Shown here piece by piece: positions 25,690 through 34,429 of a DNA stretch of 43,173 bases; position 1 is the first letter of the stretch; every line of letters begins with the position of its first letter. Made by a program: the position numbers and the translations under genes. The notes beneath the pieces are model-generated. The model worked only from the letters and a program-made list of their open reading frames with translations, was not told the origin of the DNA and did not search any database. Origin of the DNA: a virus; IMG/VR virus record IMGVR_UViG_3300045988_018940, positions 1-43,173 of that record; one strand, 5' to 3'.

Positions 25690-27846
25690 ATGATCGAACT
25701 TAGCGTATCTCTTGCCTCCAACGGCGCTGCAAAGCTGGCAGGCTATGAGCAGATGCTGCGCTTCGGCTACACCAAGAACCGGGGCGTGTACCAGCTGCGC
25801 ATCGATGCCGCTGGCGAGTGGAAGGGGCTGGCCGTACGCTGCTTCTGGCACGTCCCGGACGGAAAAGACCCGCCATCCTCGCTGGTGGCGGACGGCTATG
25901 TGGATGTGCCTGCCGGCGTGACCGCGCAACCGGGAAACGGCTGTATCACCTTTGAGGGCAGCGACGGCACCAAGACCGTGACCAGTGCAGACTTGCGCTA
26001 CCGGGTGGCTGCAAACTCTGGCACGGAGGACGGCACAGAGCCGGAACCGGGAACTCCTGCATGGCAGCAGCTGGTGGATGCCGTGAAGGAATCGGCAGCA
26101 TCTGCGGAACAGTCCAAAACGGAAGCGCTGGACGCGGCAGAGCGGGCCGGGACATCTGCCCAAAAGGCTGGACAGGCTCTTTCTGACACCATCACCGCCA
26201 AAGAGGACGCTCTGAAAGCCATCGGTGACAAGCAGACCGCCGCCACGCAGGCTGTGGACACAGCCCGGGACAAGGCCCTCCAGCAGGTGGAAGCCTCTAC
26301 AGAAGCCGCCCAGACCGCCGCCAGCGAAGCCGCCACCAGTGCAGGCAAGGCCAGCCAGAGCGCTCAGGAAGCCGCTGACAGCCTGCAGGAACTCAAGGAC
26401 GGCATTGCAAACGGAAACTTCAAAGGCGAGAAGGGTGATAAGGGTGCCACTGGCCCCATCGGCCCGGTCGGCCCGCAGGGTGAGCAAGGCCCTCAAGGCC
26501 CCACGGGTGCTACGGGTGCCACTGGTCCACAGGGCGAAAAAGGTGATACCGGCCCGCAAGGCCCTAAAGGCGAGACCGGCCCTGCCGTAGCACTGGACAC
26601 CACCCTCACCCACGAGGGCGAAGCTGCTGACGCAAAAGCCACAGGTGACGCGATCAGCGCAGTAAAGACCCGGCAGAACATCCTCACAGGCACTGAGACA
26701 GGCAATCCTATCGCCGTTGACGATGCGTTCTCTGCGCCCCTGTGCGGCCTGACCGTGTACGGTCGGAGCACGCAGGGGAACACGACCGGGGCGCAGCTGT
26801 TTGATGTCTCAAATGCTGATGTGGTGCAAATGTATATCGCTAATAGTGGTATCGGGAATTATGTAGATAACTATAGTGTCATTATACCTATTAAGCCATC
26901 GACATCTTACACAATAAGCGAAAAAAACAATAAATTATTCAGGGTTGCCATAACCGAAGAGTACCCAATCGAATCAGCACTTACTTTGTTTAAGGATGCC
27001 GCGACGGTCTATAAAAATATTACAACTCCTAATAATTTACAAAACGGTAATTTTTTAATGATTCAGTTGTATGGTAATTTCGCCCACGCACCGGATTTTT
27101 CGGGCTTGATGCTCAACGAAGGATCTACAACTAAGCCGTGGGAGCCCTACACCGGAGGCGAGCCATCCCCATCACCGGATTACCCACAGGAGATTAAGAG
27201 CGCAGGCGACATCGGGAGCGTGGCGGTGACCTTGAGCGATGGGAACGGAAAAACGCAAACTCTCACGCTCCCCACGCCCAACGGCTTACCCGGCATCCCT
27301 GTCACCTCTGACGGCAACTACACTGACCAAAACGGCCAGCAATGGGTGTGCGACGAGGTGGACTTGGAGAGAGGGGTGAGGGTGCAGAGGGTAGCCGCTG
27401 TAGACTTGTCAACATGTACAATTGTGGGCACCGTTGAGCTTGCGGTAACAAAACGAATTACGATTCTGTTGCCATTCAAGGGTCTCGATACTAATATGAA
27501 AGCCCTATGCAATAAATTGCAACATGTCGTTTCGTTTTCCAAAGATAGCCCGCACTTTTATATAGACGCATCCAGAGCAGACGCATCCAGAGCGCAAATT
27601 TTTATTCCCATCGGCGCTAAAAACCCGGAAGAGGGCGAATACATTTTATGCTACGCCCTCAAAACCCCCATCGAAACTCCGCTCACCCCTGACGAACTCG
27701 CCGCCTACAAAGCCATCACCGCTTACGGCCCTGACACGGTGGTGCGGGCGAGTGACGGTGCGGGCATCAAGTTGGACTACCAGCGGGACGTGAACATCGC
27801 CATCAAACGCATTGAGGATGCTATTGCATCCATGACCGCTACCTAA
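25690..27846 (+). CDS. collagen-repeat tail fiber / receptor-binding protein
   Basis: Gly-X-Y run [53 protein letters not shown], then [24 protein letters not shown], then an AT-rich C-terminal domain. Confidence 0.8.
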   Translation: MIELSVSLASNGAAKLAGYEQMLRFGYTKNRGVYQLRIDAAGEWKGLAVRCFWHVPDGKDPPSSLVADGYVDVPAGVTAQPGNGCITFEGSDGTKTVTSADLRYRVAANSGTEDGTEPEPGTPAWQQLVDAVKESAASAEQSKTEALDAAERAGTSAQKAGQALSDTITAKEDALKAIGDKQTAATQAVDTARDKALQQVEASTEAAQTAASEAATSAGKASQSAQEAADSLQELKDGIANGNFKGEKGDKGATGPIGPVGPQGEQGPQGPTGATGATGPQGEKGDTGPQGPKGETGPAVALDTTLTHEGEAADAKATGDAISAVKTRQNILTGTETGNPIAVDDAFSAPLCGLTVYGRSTQGNTTGAQLFDVSNADVVQMYIANSGIGNYVDNYSVIIPIKPSTSYTISEKNNKLFRVAITEEYPIESALTLFKDAATVYKNITTPNNLQNGNFLMIQLYGNFAHAPDFSGLMLNEGSTTKPWEPYTGGEPSPSPDYPQEIKSAGDIGSVAVTLSDGNGKTQTLTLPTPNGLPGIPVTSDGNYTDQNGQQWVCDEVDLERGVRVQRVAAVDLSTCTIVGTVELAVTKRITILLPFKGLDTNMKALCNKLQHVVSFSKDSPHFYIDASRADASRAQIFIPIGAKNPEEGEYILCYALKTPIETPLTPDELAAYKAITAYGPDTVVRASDGAGIKLDYQRDVNIAIKRIEDAIASMTAT

Positions 27847-27857
27847 AGGAGGTACAC

Positions 27858-28082
27858 ATGGCAATCAAAAGTAAAGCCCGGCATGACCTGACCCTGCGCT
27901 CCATCAAGCGGGAGATCGCCGCTGGACGTGATGTGGCATACTGGCTGGACAAGGCGTACACCCATCTGGACAGCGGCCTGCTGACGGAGGACGACATCGC
28001 AGAGGTGGAAGCCCTTGCACAGGCGTACTACGATGCACTGGATGCTGAAGACAAGGTGAACGCCGAGGAAATTACACTGTAA
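27858..28082 (+). CDS. hypothetical acidic protein
   Basis: 74-aa ORF following AAGGAGG. Confidence 0.5.
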   Translation: MAIKSKARHDLTLRSIKREIAAGRDVAYWLDKAYTHLDSGLLTEDDIAEVEALAQAYYDALDAEDKVNAEEITL

Positions 28083-28133
28083 GGAGGCTAACTGAGGCTT
28101 TATCTAACTTTAAAAACAAAAAGGAGTCGCAAA

Positions 28134-28928
28134 ATGCTACACACCATCCTCAAATTCCTCGTTTCCCTCTTCTCCGCCCTCTCCCGAGAGGAAGATGCCT
28201 CTACCTCTGCCCCGGTGCCCACTGTGAACACCAAAGCCTCCGCTCCTCCCGGTTGGGAGGGTGCGCCGCCCTACCGCTATCTCGACGTGAGCCGGTATCA
28301 GGGCAAAATCACCCTCGATGGCTGGCGCAAGGTCAAGGCGGCGGGCTACAAAGGTGTCATGCTCAAGACCGTGAGCACCAACCGCAAGCTCTCCAAGCGA
28401 GCAGACGGCCTGTACATCGACCCCACCTTTGAGAACAACTACCGCAACGCCCGAGCTGCCGAGTTGGACGTGGGCGTGTACTACTACACCTACGCCACCA
28501 GCGAGGCTATGGCCGATGCAGAACTTTCCCTTGTGCGGCAGGCGGTCTACGGCAAGGAGCTGACCCTGCCTGTGGCGGTGGACGTGGAAGAAAACAAGCT
28601 CAAGCCCATGAGCACCCTCGACCTCACCAACCTCGCTGCCTACGCGTTGGAACAGGTGGAAAAGATGGGCTTTTATGCCCAACTTTACACCTACACCGGT
28701 TACAAGTACGAGCTGGACATGGCTCGGCTGTCCTCTCGGTGGGACGTCTGGCTGGCCGATTACACCGGAAAGGCCCCCAAAGTGAGCTTTAAGTACAATG
28801 CGCACCAGCACACCAGCAAAGGCAGCGTGCCGGGCATCTCCGGCAACGTAGACCTCAACGTCACCACCCTCAACTACCCCCGCATCATCGAAAAGAAGGG
28901 CCTGACCCGTCTTCGGGAGGGCGCATGA
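28134..28928 (+). CDS. GH25 muramidase endolysin with an N-terminal hydrophobic signal/anchor
   Basis: YLDVSRYQGKI..., ...GVYYYTYA... and ...PGISGNVDLN are GH25 hallmarks. The N-terminus MLHTILKFLVSLFSALS is hydrophobic. Confidence 0.85.
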   Translation: MLHTILKFLVSLFSALSREEDASTSAPVPTVNTKASAPPGWEGAPPYRYLDVSRYQGKITLDGWRKVKAAGYKGVMLKTVSTNRKLSKRADGLYIDPTFENNYRNARAAELDVGVYYYTYATSEAMADAELSLVRQAVYGKELTLPVAVDVEENKLKPMSTLDLTNLAAYALEQVEKMGFYAQLYTYTGYKYELDMARLSSRWDVWLADYTGKAPKVSFKYNAHQHTSKGSVPGISGNVDLNVTTLNYPRIIEKKGLTRLREGA

Positions 28929-29314
28929 CTAAAGAGCAGGCTCTTTTGTGGGTGCTGGGGGTTGTTGGCAGCGTGTGTGCAGGAGCGGTCACGCTGGACA
29001 AGGTGCTGGACATCATTCACAAGTACATCAAAAAGGCGCGGGCCCCCGACGCCGCGCAAAACCAGCGGCTTGACGCTATCGAGCAACGGCTGGGCGCCGT
29101 CGAAAGCATCTCGTCTCAGCACGCAGCGGCCCTGAAACGCGACCTCACCCGCTTCGACGCGATCGACGAGGAGATTTGTTTGGCCCTTGATGGTGTGCGG
29201 AATCTGCTGGACGCCCAGCTCTCCGGGGACAATCACGAAGGAATGCAGAAAAGCAAGGCCAGCATCGACAACTATCTTTTGAAAGGAGTTACCAATCATG
29301 GAAGCAATCAATGA
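28925..29314 (+). CDS. membrane-anchored coiled-coil protein (lysis accessory/holin candidate)
   Basis: One N-terminal transmembrane segment (ALLWVLGVVGSVCAGAVTL). Lies within the lysis cassette. Confidence 0.35.
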   Translation: MTKEQALLWVLGVVGSVCAGAVTLDKVLDIIHKYIKKARAPDAAQNQRLDAIEQRLGAVESISSQHAAALKRDLTRFDAIDEEICLALDGVRNLLDAQLSGDNHEGMQKSKASIDNYLLKGVTNHGSNQ

Positions 29315-29636
29315 AATTTTGAGCATCATCCCTGTTCCTGTAGCCGTCATCCTGATGCTGGGCGGACTCGTTTTCTACGTCATCGGCGGTATCCGTCTGG
29401 GCTACGGCGCGGCAGTCAAAAATCTGGTGCTCAACCTTATCACTCAGGCAGAGCGGGAGATTCAGGGCACCAAGCGCGGCGCAGAGCGCAAGGCGTGGTG
29501 CGTCAAGATGCTGCGCCACTATCTGGACAACAGCCGATGGGGTAAGCTGGTCTCGTGGGCCATCACAGAAGAGACCATGAGCAAAGTGATTCAGTTTTTC
29601 TTTGACCGTGCAAAGGCGGCGCTGGAAAAGGAGTAA
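29298..29636 (+). CDS. putative holin (LL-H-like)
   Basis: N-terminal transmembrane segment (ILSIIPVPVAVILMLGGLVFYVIGG) followed by a charged helical domain. Adjacent to the endolysin. Confidence 0.5.
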   Translation: MEAINEILSIIPVPVAVILMLGGLVFYVIGGIRLGYGAAVKNLVLNLITQAEREIQGTKRGAERKAWCVKMLRHYLDNSRWGKLVSWAITEETMSKVIQFFFDRAKAALEKE

Positions 29637-29647
29637 AGGAGGACATC

Positions 29648-29878
29648 ATGGCAAGCACTACATACGAGCAACCGTCGCGCTATTACTACGACCAGCGCGC
29701 ATACCCGATTTTGTGGCCCGCAGTGTGTGACCATTTTGCCAACGGCGGAAAAATGGGACATTGCCGTGCCGTGACCGCTCGGGTTCGCAACGCCGGAGAG
29801 TTGCCGCAGCCCTTCTGGCTCGGTGCTGCCTGTGGCGGCGGCTCGCATAGTGTTGCCCGCTGCGCTGCAAGGACTTGA
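29648..29878 (+). CDS. hypothetical protein (overlaps the next ORF in another frame)
   Basis: ATG follows AAGGAGGA. 76 aa; the C-terminal third overlaps 29823..30053. Confidence 0.35.
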   Translation: MASTTYEQPSRYYYDQRAYPILWPAVCDHFANGGKMGHCRAVTARVRNAGELPQPFWLGAACGGGSHSVARCAART

Positions 29879-30053
29879 CAGACAGAGGATGATCGCTGCC
29901 ATCAAAAACGCACCGCTTGGGAGGGTAGACCGTAAGATAGCCTTACTGCGGTATGTTGAGCGGCTCCCGCTTCCGGACATTGCAGCACAGACACATTACA
30001 GCCGGACGGCAGTAGGCTACCGGCTGAAAGGCATCACAAAAATTTTTGAGTAA
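29823..30053 (+). CDS. sigma-70 region-4-like HTH protein (start uncertain)
   Basis: ...LQGLDRQRMIAAIKNAPLGRVDRKIALLRYVERLPLPDIAAQTHYSRTAVGYRLKGITKIF. This frame is open from 29775. Candidate starts are GTG 29823, GTG 29850 and ATG 29886. Confidence 0.45.
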   Translation: MLPVAAARIVLPAALQGLDRQRMIAAIKNAPLGRVDRKIALLRYVERLPLPDIAAQTHYSRTAVGYRLKGITKIFE

Positions 30054-30059
30054 AGCAAA

Positions 30060-30100
30060 CCCCCGGTGTTCCGTTTTTGGAGCATCGGGGGGTATTTTTT
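30060..30100. terminator. hairpin between convergent genes (bidirectional terminator candidate)
   Basis: CCCCCG...CGGGGG(G) stem followed by TATTTTTT. Confidence 0.5.
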
Positions 30101-30905
30101 ATGCGGGCTGTTCAGCGGGGACGGCAAGCACCTTGCGTTCCTTTGCTTTCTGCTCTGCCTGTTCCTTCACGGTCAAATAGCCATGGTCGTGCATCTGCTT
30201 GTAAATAAATGCCTGTCCGGTGCGGTTCCAGCGGGTGTTCTCTTTGGTCTCGCCGTTGCCTACCTCAACAGGAATACTCACTGTATAACCCTTGTCGATG
30301 TACTTTCGCTTTGGTATCCACTGTTTGTTGACCTTCTTCTGAATGCCCCATTCTTCCAGCAGTTTGTTGAGCTTGTTGGCGGTCATGCCAAAGTTGAGCG
30401 CAATCTGCGTCACGGTGAGCGTTTCATCACTCAAAAGCATATTGTGGGCGTACTCGGCGGCGGGCTTGAGCTTGGCATTTTCCTTTTCAAGCTGCTTGGA
30501 GCGCTCCTGTTCCCTTGCAATGATGCCCTGCGCCATCACCAACGCTTTAGAGAGCGCCAGCTCTGGCGGTTCCGGTTCAGGTGTGGTCAGCTTCTTCTCC
30601 ATCTCGTTAAAGGCTTGGATGTACTTCAGCTTCCACTCCATAGCTTTTGCACTCTTGTTGAAGCCCATAACCAACAGGGTAAAGCCATCCCGGTTCATCA
30701 GGTACATGGGGTAAGTTTGTCCATTCTGCGGGTGGACATACTCTGTCTTGAAGAACATGGGGGTGTCCCCATTTTTGGGGAGACCCTTCATAATGTCTTC
30801 GATGTCACGCATCACATGGTCGTGACGTTTCTCAAACTTTTCCGCAATGTCCAGACTGGACACCACAGCCTGCCCGTTCTGAGCGGAAAGAATAATGTCA
30901 CTCAT
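30099..30905 (-). CDS. Rha-family regulator / antirepressor (pRha N-domain plus KilAC-like C-domain)
   Basis: ...QAVVSSLDIAEKFEKRHDHVMRDIEDI... is Rha-like. ...AEYAHNMLLSDETLTVTQIALNFGMTANKLNKLLEEWGIQ is KilAC-like. Confidence 0.85.
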   Translation of the reverse strand: MSDIILSAQNGQAVVSSLDIAEKFEKRHDHVMRDIEDIMKGLPKNGDTPMFFKTEYVHPQNGQTYPMYLMNRDGFTLLVMGFNKSAKAMEWKLKYIQAFNEMEKKLTTPEPEPPELALSKALVMAQGIIAREQERSKQLEKENAKLKPAAEYAHNMLLSDETLTVTQIALNFGMTANKLNKLLEEWGIQKKVNKQWIPKRKYIDKGYTVSIPVEVGNGETKENTRWNRTGQAFIYKQMHDHGYLTVKEQAEQKAKERKVLAVPAEQPA

Positions 30906-31186
30906 GCTGCACTCTCCTTGTTAATCTCCGCTTCAATGACTTCATCGACTTCCTTTTCCAAACCCGTGAGGGATGCAAACAAGGCCGTAATCAAAGAGTT
31001 GTACATCGGGGCTTCGTTCCAAATCTGGCTCACAAGCTCGCTGGTGCGCTCCCGCTTGATCATATCGGTCTTGTGCGTTTCCTCAAACCAGTTGGCAAAG
31101 ATGTTCAGTAGGTCGTGCATTGTGCGGAGTTCACCAGAAACAGCATCCAGTTCAAGCTCCACTTTCGTGATTTTGGGTGTTTCCAT
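30902..31186 (-). CDS. hypothetical protein
   Basis: 94-aa ORF; its stop overlaps the rha start. Confidence 0.55.
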   Translation of the reverse strand: METPKITKVELELDAVSGELRTMHDLLNIFANWFEETHKTDMIKRERTSELVSQIWNEAPMYNSLITALFASLTGLEKEVDEVIEAEINKESAA

Positions 31187-31276
31187 GATAAAATACCTTT
31201 ACTTTCTCCGTGAAATAATATAAAATAAAGGTACAAGAGGGGCTTTTGCTAGGGTTGCTTCTTGTGCTTGGAGTGA

Positions 31277-31372
31277 TTAGCTGTTACGAGCGGCTAACCA
31301 CTCTTTTTTATATTGCTCAAACAATTTGCGCTGCTGTTCACGGTTCAGCCGTTGAAACTCTTTGAACTTCAT
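31277..31372 (-). CDS. tiny ORF (31 aa)
   Basis: MKFKEFQRLNREQQRKLFEQYKKEWLAARNS, preceded by GGAAAGGAGGA. Downstream of the extended -10 promoter. Confidence 0.3.
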   Translation of the reverse strand: MKFKEFQRLNREQQRKLFEQYKKEWLAARNS

Positions 31373-31408
31373 GGGCGTCCTCCTTTCCGCCCCTCTTGAC
31401 CATGAATA

Positions 31409-31417
31409 TATTATAGC
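31409..31417 (-). promoter_or_regulatory. extended -10 promoter element (TGCTATAAT) for the leftward accessory operon
   Basis: The reverse complement of 31409-31417 reads TGCTATAAT. Confidence 0.45.
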
Positions 31418-31486
31418 ACGGTAAACCATGCCGTTCCATTGACAAAATGGACAATGTTTACTGTGCTGTTTTATGCACTTTTGGCA

Positions 31487-31515
31487 TTGTAAACCGTGCT
31501 ATCATTTGATATACT
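31487..31515 (+). promoter_or_regulatory. candidate promoter for the RHH gene
   Basis: TTGTAA, 17 nt, TATACT; lies 30 nt upstream of the RBS. Confidence 0.45.
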
Positions 31516-31544
31516 ATGGGTGGTGGAATAGGAGGTGTTATTTA

Positions 31545-31814
31545 ATGGGTATCTCGGAAAAAAAGAAAAAGAGTAATGCCAAATGGGACAAAGAGAACAT
31601 GACGGTGCTGGCCTGCAAGGTGAGGAAGGAAGTTGCTGACAAGTTCAAAGCAGCTTGTGCGGCAGAAGATACGACCTCGAACGCCGTTTTACAGCAGGCG
31701 GTACGGGACTATATTGACGCCCACCCCGTGCCGGAAGAGCCAGAAGCACCGCCGGGGGATGCAGAGACGGAAGTTCGGCGGGCTGCATTGCTAGAACAAA
31801 TCAAGAATCTGTAA
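31545..31814 (+). CDS. ribbon-helix-helix (Arc/CopG-like) DNA-binding protein
   Basis: ATG at 31545 follows AGGAGG. ...KKSNAKWDKENMTVLACKVRKEVADKFKAACAAEDTTSNAVLQQAVRDYI fits a beta-alpha-alpha RHH. Confidence 0.55.
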   Translation: MGISEKKKKSNAKWDKENMTVLACKVRKEVADKFKAACAAEDTTSNAVLQQAVRDYIDAHPVPEEPEAPPGDAETEVRRAALLEQIKNL

Positions 31815-31834
31815 AATAGAATAGCTAAAAAATT

Positions 31835-31880
31835 AAGCGCTCACGCGGTGTAATGCCGTGTGGGCGCTTTTCTTTTTTGT
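31835..31880 (+). terminator. rho-independent terminator after the RHH gene
   Basis: AAGCGC..CAC / GTG..GCGCTT stem followed by TTCTTTTTT. Confidence 0.6.
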
Positions 31881-31954
31881 CCTTCGTTTGACGTTCGTTT
31901 AACGCACGGATTCGGTAGAAAAGGTACTATGGGCGCAAAGGGAGGGGGAGCGCC

Positions 31955-32332
31955 ATGTGGCACAGGTTCAACCCGAACCCCCAAGGAAACGGCGTGGGGG
32001 ATTGCACCGTGCGGGCAGTGGCGGCAGCTACAGGCCAAAACTGGGAGCGGGCATATATCGGCCTTGCACTCACTGGCTTTATCCTCGGCGATATGCCCAG
32101 CGCTAACCGCACATGGGGCGCATACCTCCAAAAACGCGGGTTCAAGCGCCGTTTGGTGGAGGCGGACTGCACCACCTGTTACACTGTGGCAGATTTTGCC
32201 CGGGAGTATCCGCGCGGCGTGTATGTGCTGGGCTGCTCCGGGCACGTCCTGACCGTGATCGACGGCGCGTGGTGGGACAGCTGGGACAGTGGCGCGGAAT
32301 GCCCGATCTATTACTGGTACAAGGAGGAGTAA
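31955..32332 (+). CDS. small papain-like (C39-like) cysteine peptidase-fold protein
   Basis: Ordered Q(x6)C ... H ... D pattern: NPQGNGVGDCTVRAV..., ...GCSGHVLTVIDGAWWDSWDSG. Strong RBS GGGAGGGGGAG. Confidence 0.45.
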   Translation: MWHRFNPNPQGNGVGDCTVRAVAAATGQNWERAYIGLALTGFILGDMPSANRTWGAYLQKRGFKRRLVEADCTTCYTVADFAREYPRGVYVLGCSGHVLTVIDGAWWDSWDSGAECPIYYWYKEE

Positions 32333-32335
32333 ACG

Positions 32336-32785
32336 ATGCCTTACAATCCGTATGCGTATCAGATGCCGACATACTACGGCCAGCCAATGCCAGACAACCT
32401 CACTCAACTCAGGCAGGGAGTGGGCTATCAGTCTCCCATGATGCAGCAGCCGACAGCACAGACAGCACAGGCTACGCCCTCCATCATCTGGGTGCAGGGA
32501 GAAGAGGGCGCAAAAGCTTATATGGTCGCCGCAGGCAACAGCGTACTGCTGATGGACAGCGAAAACAGCGCTTTTTACATCAAGAGCACCGACGCCAGCG
32601 GGATGCCGCTGCCTCTCCGCGTCTTTGACTACAAGGAACGCACAACGGCGACAAAAATGCCCCCTCAGACGGCGCAGCAGCCCGGCGTGGAGTTTGTCAC
32701 CCGGGCAGAGTTTGACGCGCTGGCGGCTCGCTGTGCGGCGCTCGAGAAGCAAGAGCCTGCAAAACCTGAAACGGAGGTCAAGTAA
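32336..32785 (+). CDS. hypothetical protein with a P/Y/Q-rich N-terminus
   Basis: MPYNPYAYQMPTYYGQPMP..., then the core IIWVQGEEGAKAYMVAAGNSVLLMDSENSAFYIKSTDASGMPLPLRVFDYKE. RBS GGAGGAG. Confidence 0.65.
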   Translation: MPYNPYAYQMPTYYGQPMPDNLTQLRQGVGYQSPMMQQPTAQTAQATPSIIWVQGEEGAKAYMVAAGNSVLLMDSENSAFYIKSTDASGMPLPLRVFDYKERTTATKMPPQTAQQPGVEFVTRAEFDALAARCAALEKQEPAKPETEVK

Positions 32786-32787
32786 TT

Positions 32788-33012
32788 ATGGCAAACCCTC
32801 TTTTTAACATTCTGAGCGGCGGCATGCCTGCCATGTCCGGCCCTATGGGCCAGTTCGGACAGATGATGCAGCAGTTTCAGCAGTTCAAGGCCAGCTTTCA
32901 GGGCGACCCCAAAGCAGAGGTGCAAAAGCTGCTGCAATCCGGCAAAATGTCACAAAACCAGCTGAACCAGCTGCAGGCGATGGCGCAGCAGTTTCAGCAG
33001 TTCCTCCATTAA
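32788..33012 (+). CDS. Q-rich small helical protein
   Basis: MANPLFNILSGGMPAMSGPMGQFGQMMQQFQQFKASFQGDPKAEVQKLLQSGKMSQNQLNQLQAMAQQFQQFLH. RBS GGAGGT. Confidence 0.6.
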   Translation: MANPLFNILSGGMPAMSGPMGQFGQMMQQFQQFKASFQGDPKAEVQKLLQSGKMSQNQLNQLQAMAQQFQQFLH

Positions 33013-33075
33013 GTCGTAACCGTGGCCACGGTTCAAGCATAAAAATCATTCAAAACACACGAAAGGAGTACAAAA

Positions 33076-33852
33076 ATGTCTCTTTCTTCCGATTCTGCGG
33101 TTCTGACCATGCCTGTTCAGCCCGCAAACACCAATGGCGGCAACGGCTTTGGCTTTGGCAATGATGGCGCATGGTGGATCATCATCCTGTTCCTGTTCGC
33201 CTTCTGCGGCGGCTGGGGCGGCAACTGGGGCGGCAATGGCAACACCGGTGCCGGTGTCGTTGACGGCTACGTCCTGACCTCCGATTTTGCCAACATCGAG
33301 CGCAAGATGGATGGTATCAACAACGGCATGTGTGATGGCTTCTACCAGCAGGCGCAACTTGTCAACGGCGTGCAGCAGACCGTAAACAACGGCTTTATGT
33401 CCGCAGAGATCAGCCGCGCAAACCAGCAGGCGGCGTTCATGCAGCAGCTGTTTGCCATGCAGATGCAGCAGCAGGAGTGCTGCTGCGAGAACCGCTCTGC
33501 CATTCAGGGCGTCAACTACAATTTGGCCACCCAGTCCTGCGAGACCCGGAACACGGTGCAGAACACCACCCGGGACATCATCGACAACCAGAACCAGAAC
33601 GCCCGCGCCATCCTTGACGCCCTGACCGCACAGCGCATCGAGGCAAAGGACGCAAAGATCGCTGAGCAGGGTCAGCAGCTGTTCGCAGCACAGCTTGCGG
33701 CATCTCAGGCAGCCCAGAACGAAACGCTCAAGGCCTACATGAGCGGTCAGCTGGCCTACTACAATCCGCGCCCCGTGCCCGCATTCCAGGTTCCTGCACC
33801 TTACCAGTACGGTAACTGCGGCACCGGTTGCGGCTGCGGCAGCTGCGCATAA
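33076..33852 (+). CDS. Gly/Asn/Trp-rich membrane protein with a Q-rich coiled coil and Cys clusters
   Basis: GGNGFGFGNDGAWWIIILFLFAFCGGWGGNWGGNGN (transmembrane segment), ...QQQECCCENR..., and a C-terminal ...YQYGNCGTGCGCGSCA. RBS AAAGGAG. Confidence 0.7.
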   Translation: MSLSSDSAVLTMPVQPANTNGGNGFGFGNDGAWWIIILFLFAFCGGWGGNWGGNGNTGAGVVDGYVLTSDFANIERKMDGINNGMCDGFYQQAQLVNGVQQTVNNGFMSAEISRANQQAAFMQQLFAMQMQQQECCCENRSAIQGVNYNLATQSCETRNTVQNTTRDIIDNQNQNARAILDALTAQRIEAKDAKIAEQGQQLFAAQLAASQAAQNETLKAYMSGQLAYYNPRPVPAFQVPAPYQYGNCGTGCGCGSCA

Positions 33853-33944
33853 CCGAATCACGACAGCTTTTTGAGTGGTTGTTTCCAAAATGGAAATGCC
33901 TACATCAAAATGTTCAGCCCCTGAGCTGATTTTGCAAACCAGAG

Positions 33945-33972
33945 CGCCGGGGCAAAAGTCCCGGCGTTTTTC
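33945..33972 (+). terminator. rho-independent terminator inside the accessory cluster
   Basis: CGCCGGG-gcaaaagt-CCCGGCG followed by TTTTTCT. Confidence 0.7.
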
Positions 33973-33991
33973 TATGAAAGGAGCCGATAAA

Positions 33992-34414
33992 ATGGCCGAA
34001 TTTTCCAACTCTAACATCGTCAGCGTGGCGGCGGGTGAAAACCTTCCCCTGACTGAGACCGCGGTGAAAGCCCCTGCCTGCATCATGCACCGTGAGGGCA
34101 GCGGCCTCGTGACCCTGCGCGGTCTGACCAATCAATGCAAAGCGCGCTTCAAGGTAAGCTTTGGCGGAAATATCGCCATTCCCACCGGCGGCACTGTGGG
34201 ACCCATTTCCGTGGCGCTGGCCGTCGGCGGTGAGTCGCTGACCAGCGCGACAGCCATTGTCACTCCGGCGGCAGTCGAAAATTACTTCAATGTTTTCGTG
34301 GCCGCTTTCATCGAGGTGCCGCGCGGCTGCTGCGTGACCGTGGCGGTTAAAAACACCAGTACGCAGGCAGTCAGCATTGCAAACAGCAATCTGATCGTTG
34401 AGCGGGTAGCATAA
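33992..34414 (+). CDS. beta-rich 140-aa protein, possibly a C1q/TNF-like (BclA C-terminal-like) jelly roll
   Basis: ATG at 33992 follows AAAGGAG. ...FKVSFGGNIAIPTGGTVGPISVALAVGGESLTSATAIVTPAAVENYFNVFVAAFIEVPRGCCVTVAVKNTSTQAVSIANSNLIVERV. The pattern resemblance is from memory only. Confidence 0.6.
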   Translation: MAEFSNSNIVSVAAGENLPLTETAVKAPACIMHREGSGLVTLRGLTNQCKARFKVSFGGNIAIPTGGTVGPISVALAVGGESLTSATAIVTPAAVENYFNVFVAAFIEVPRGCCVTVAVKNTSTQAVSIANSNLIVERVA

Positions 34415-34429
34415 GAAAGGAGATAAGTC

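Noticed and set aside
25690-27846. A diversity-generating retroelement targeting the fiber C-terminus.
   Set aside because: No reverse transcriptase gene, and no template or variable repeat pair, was found anywhere in the window.
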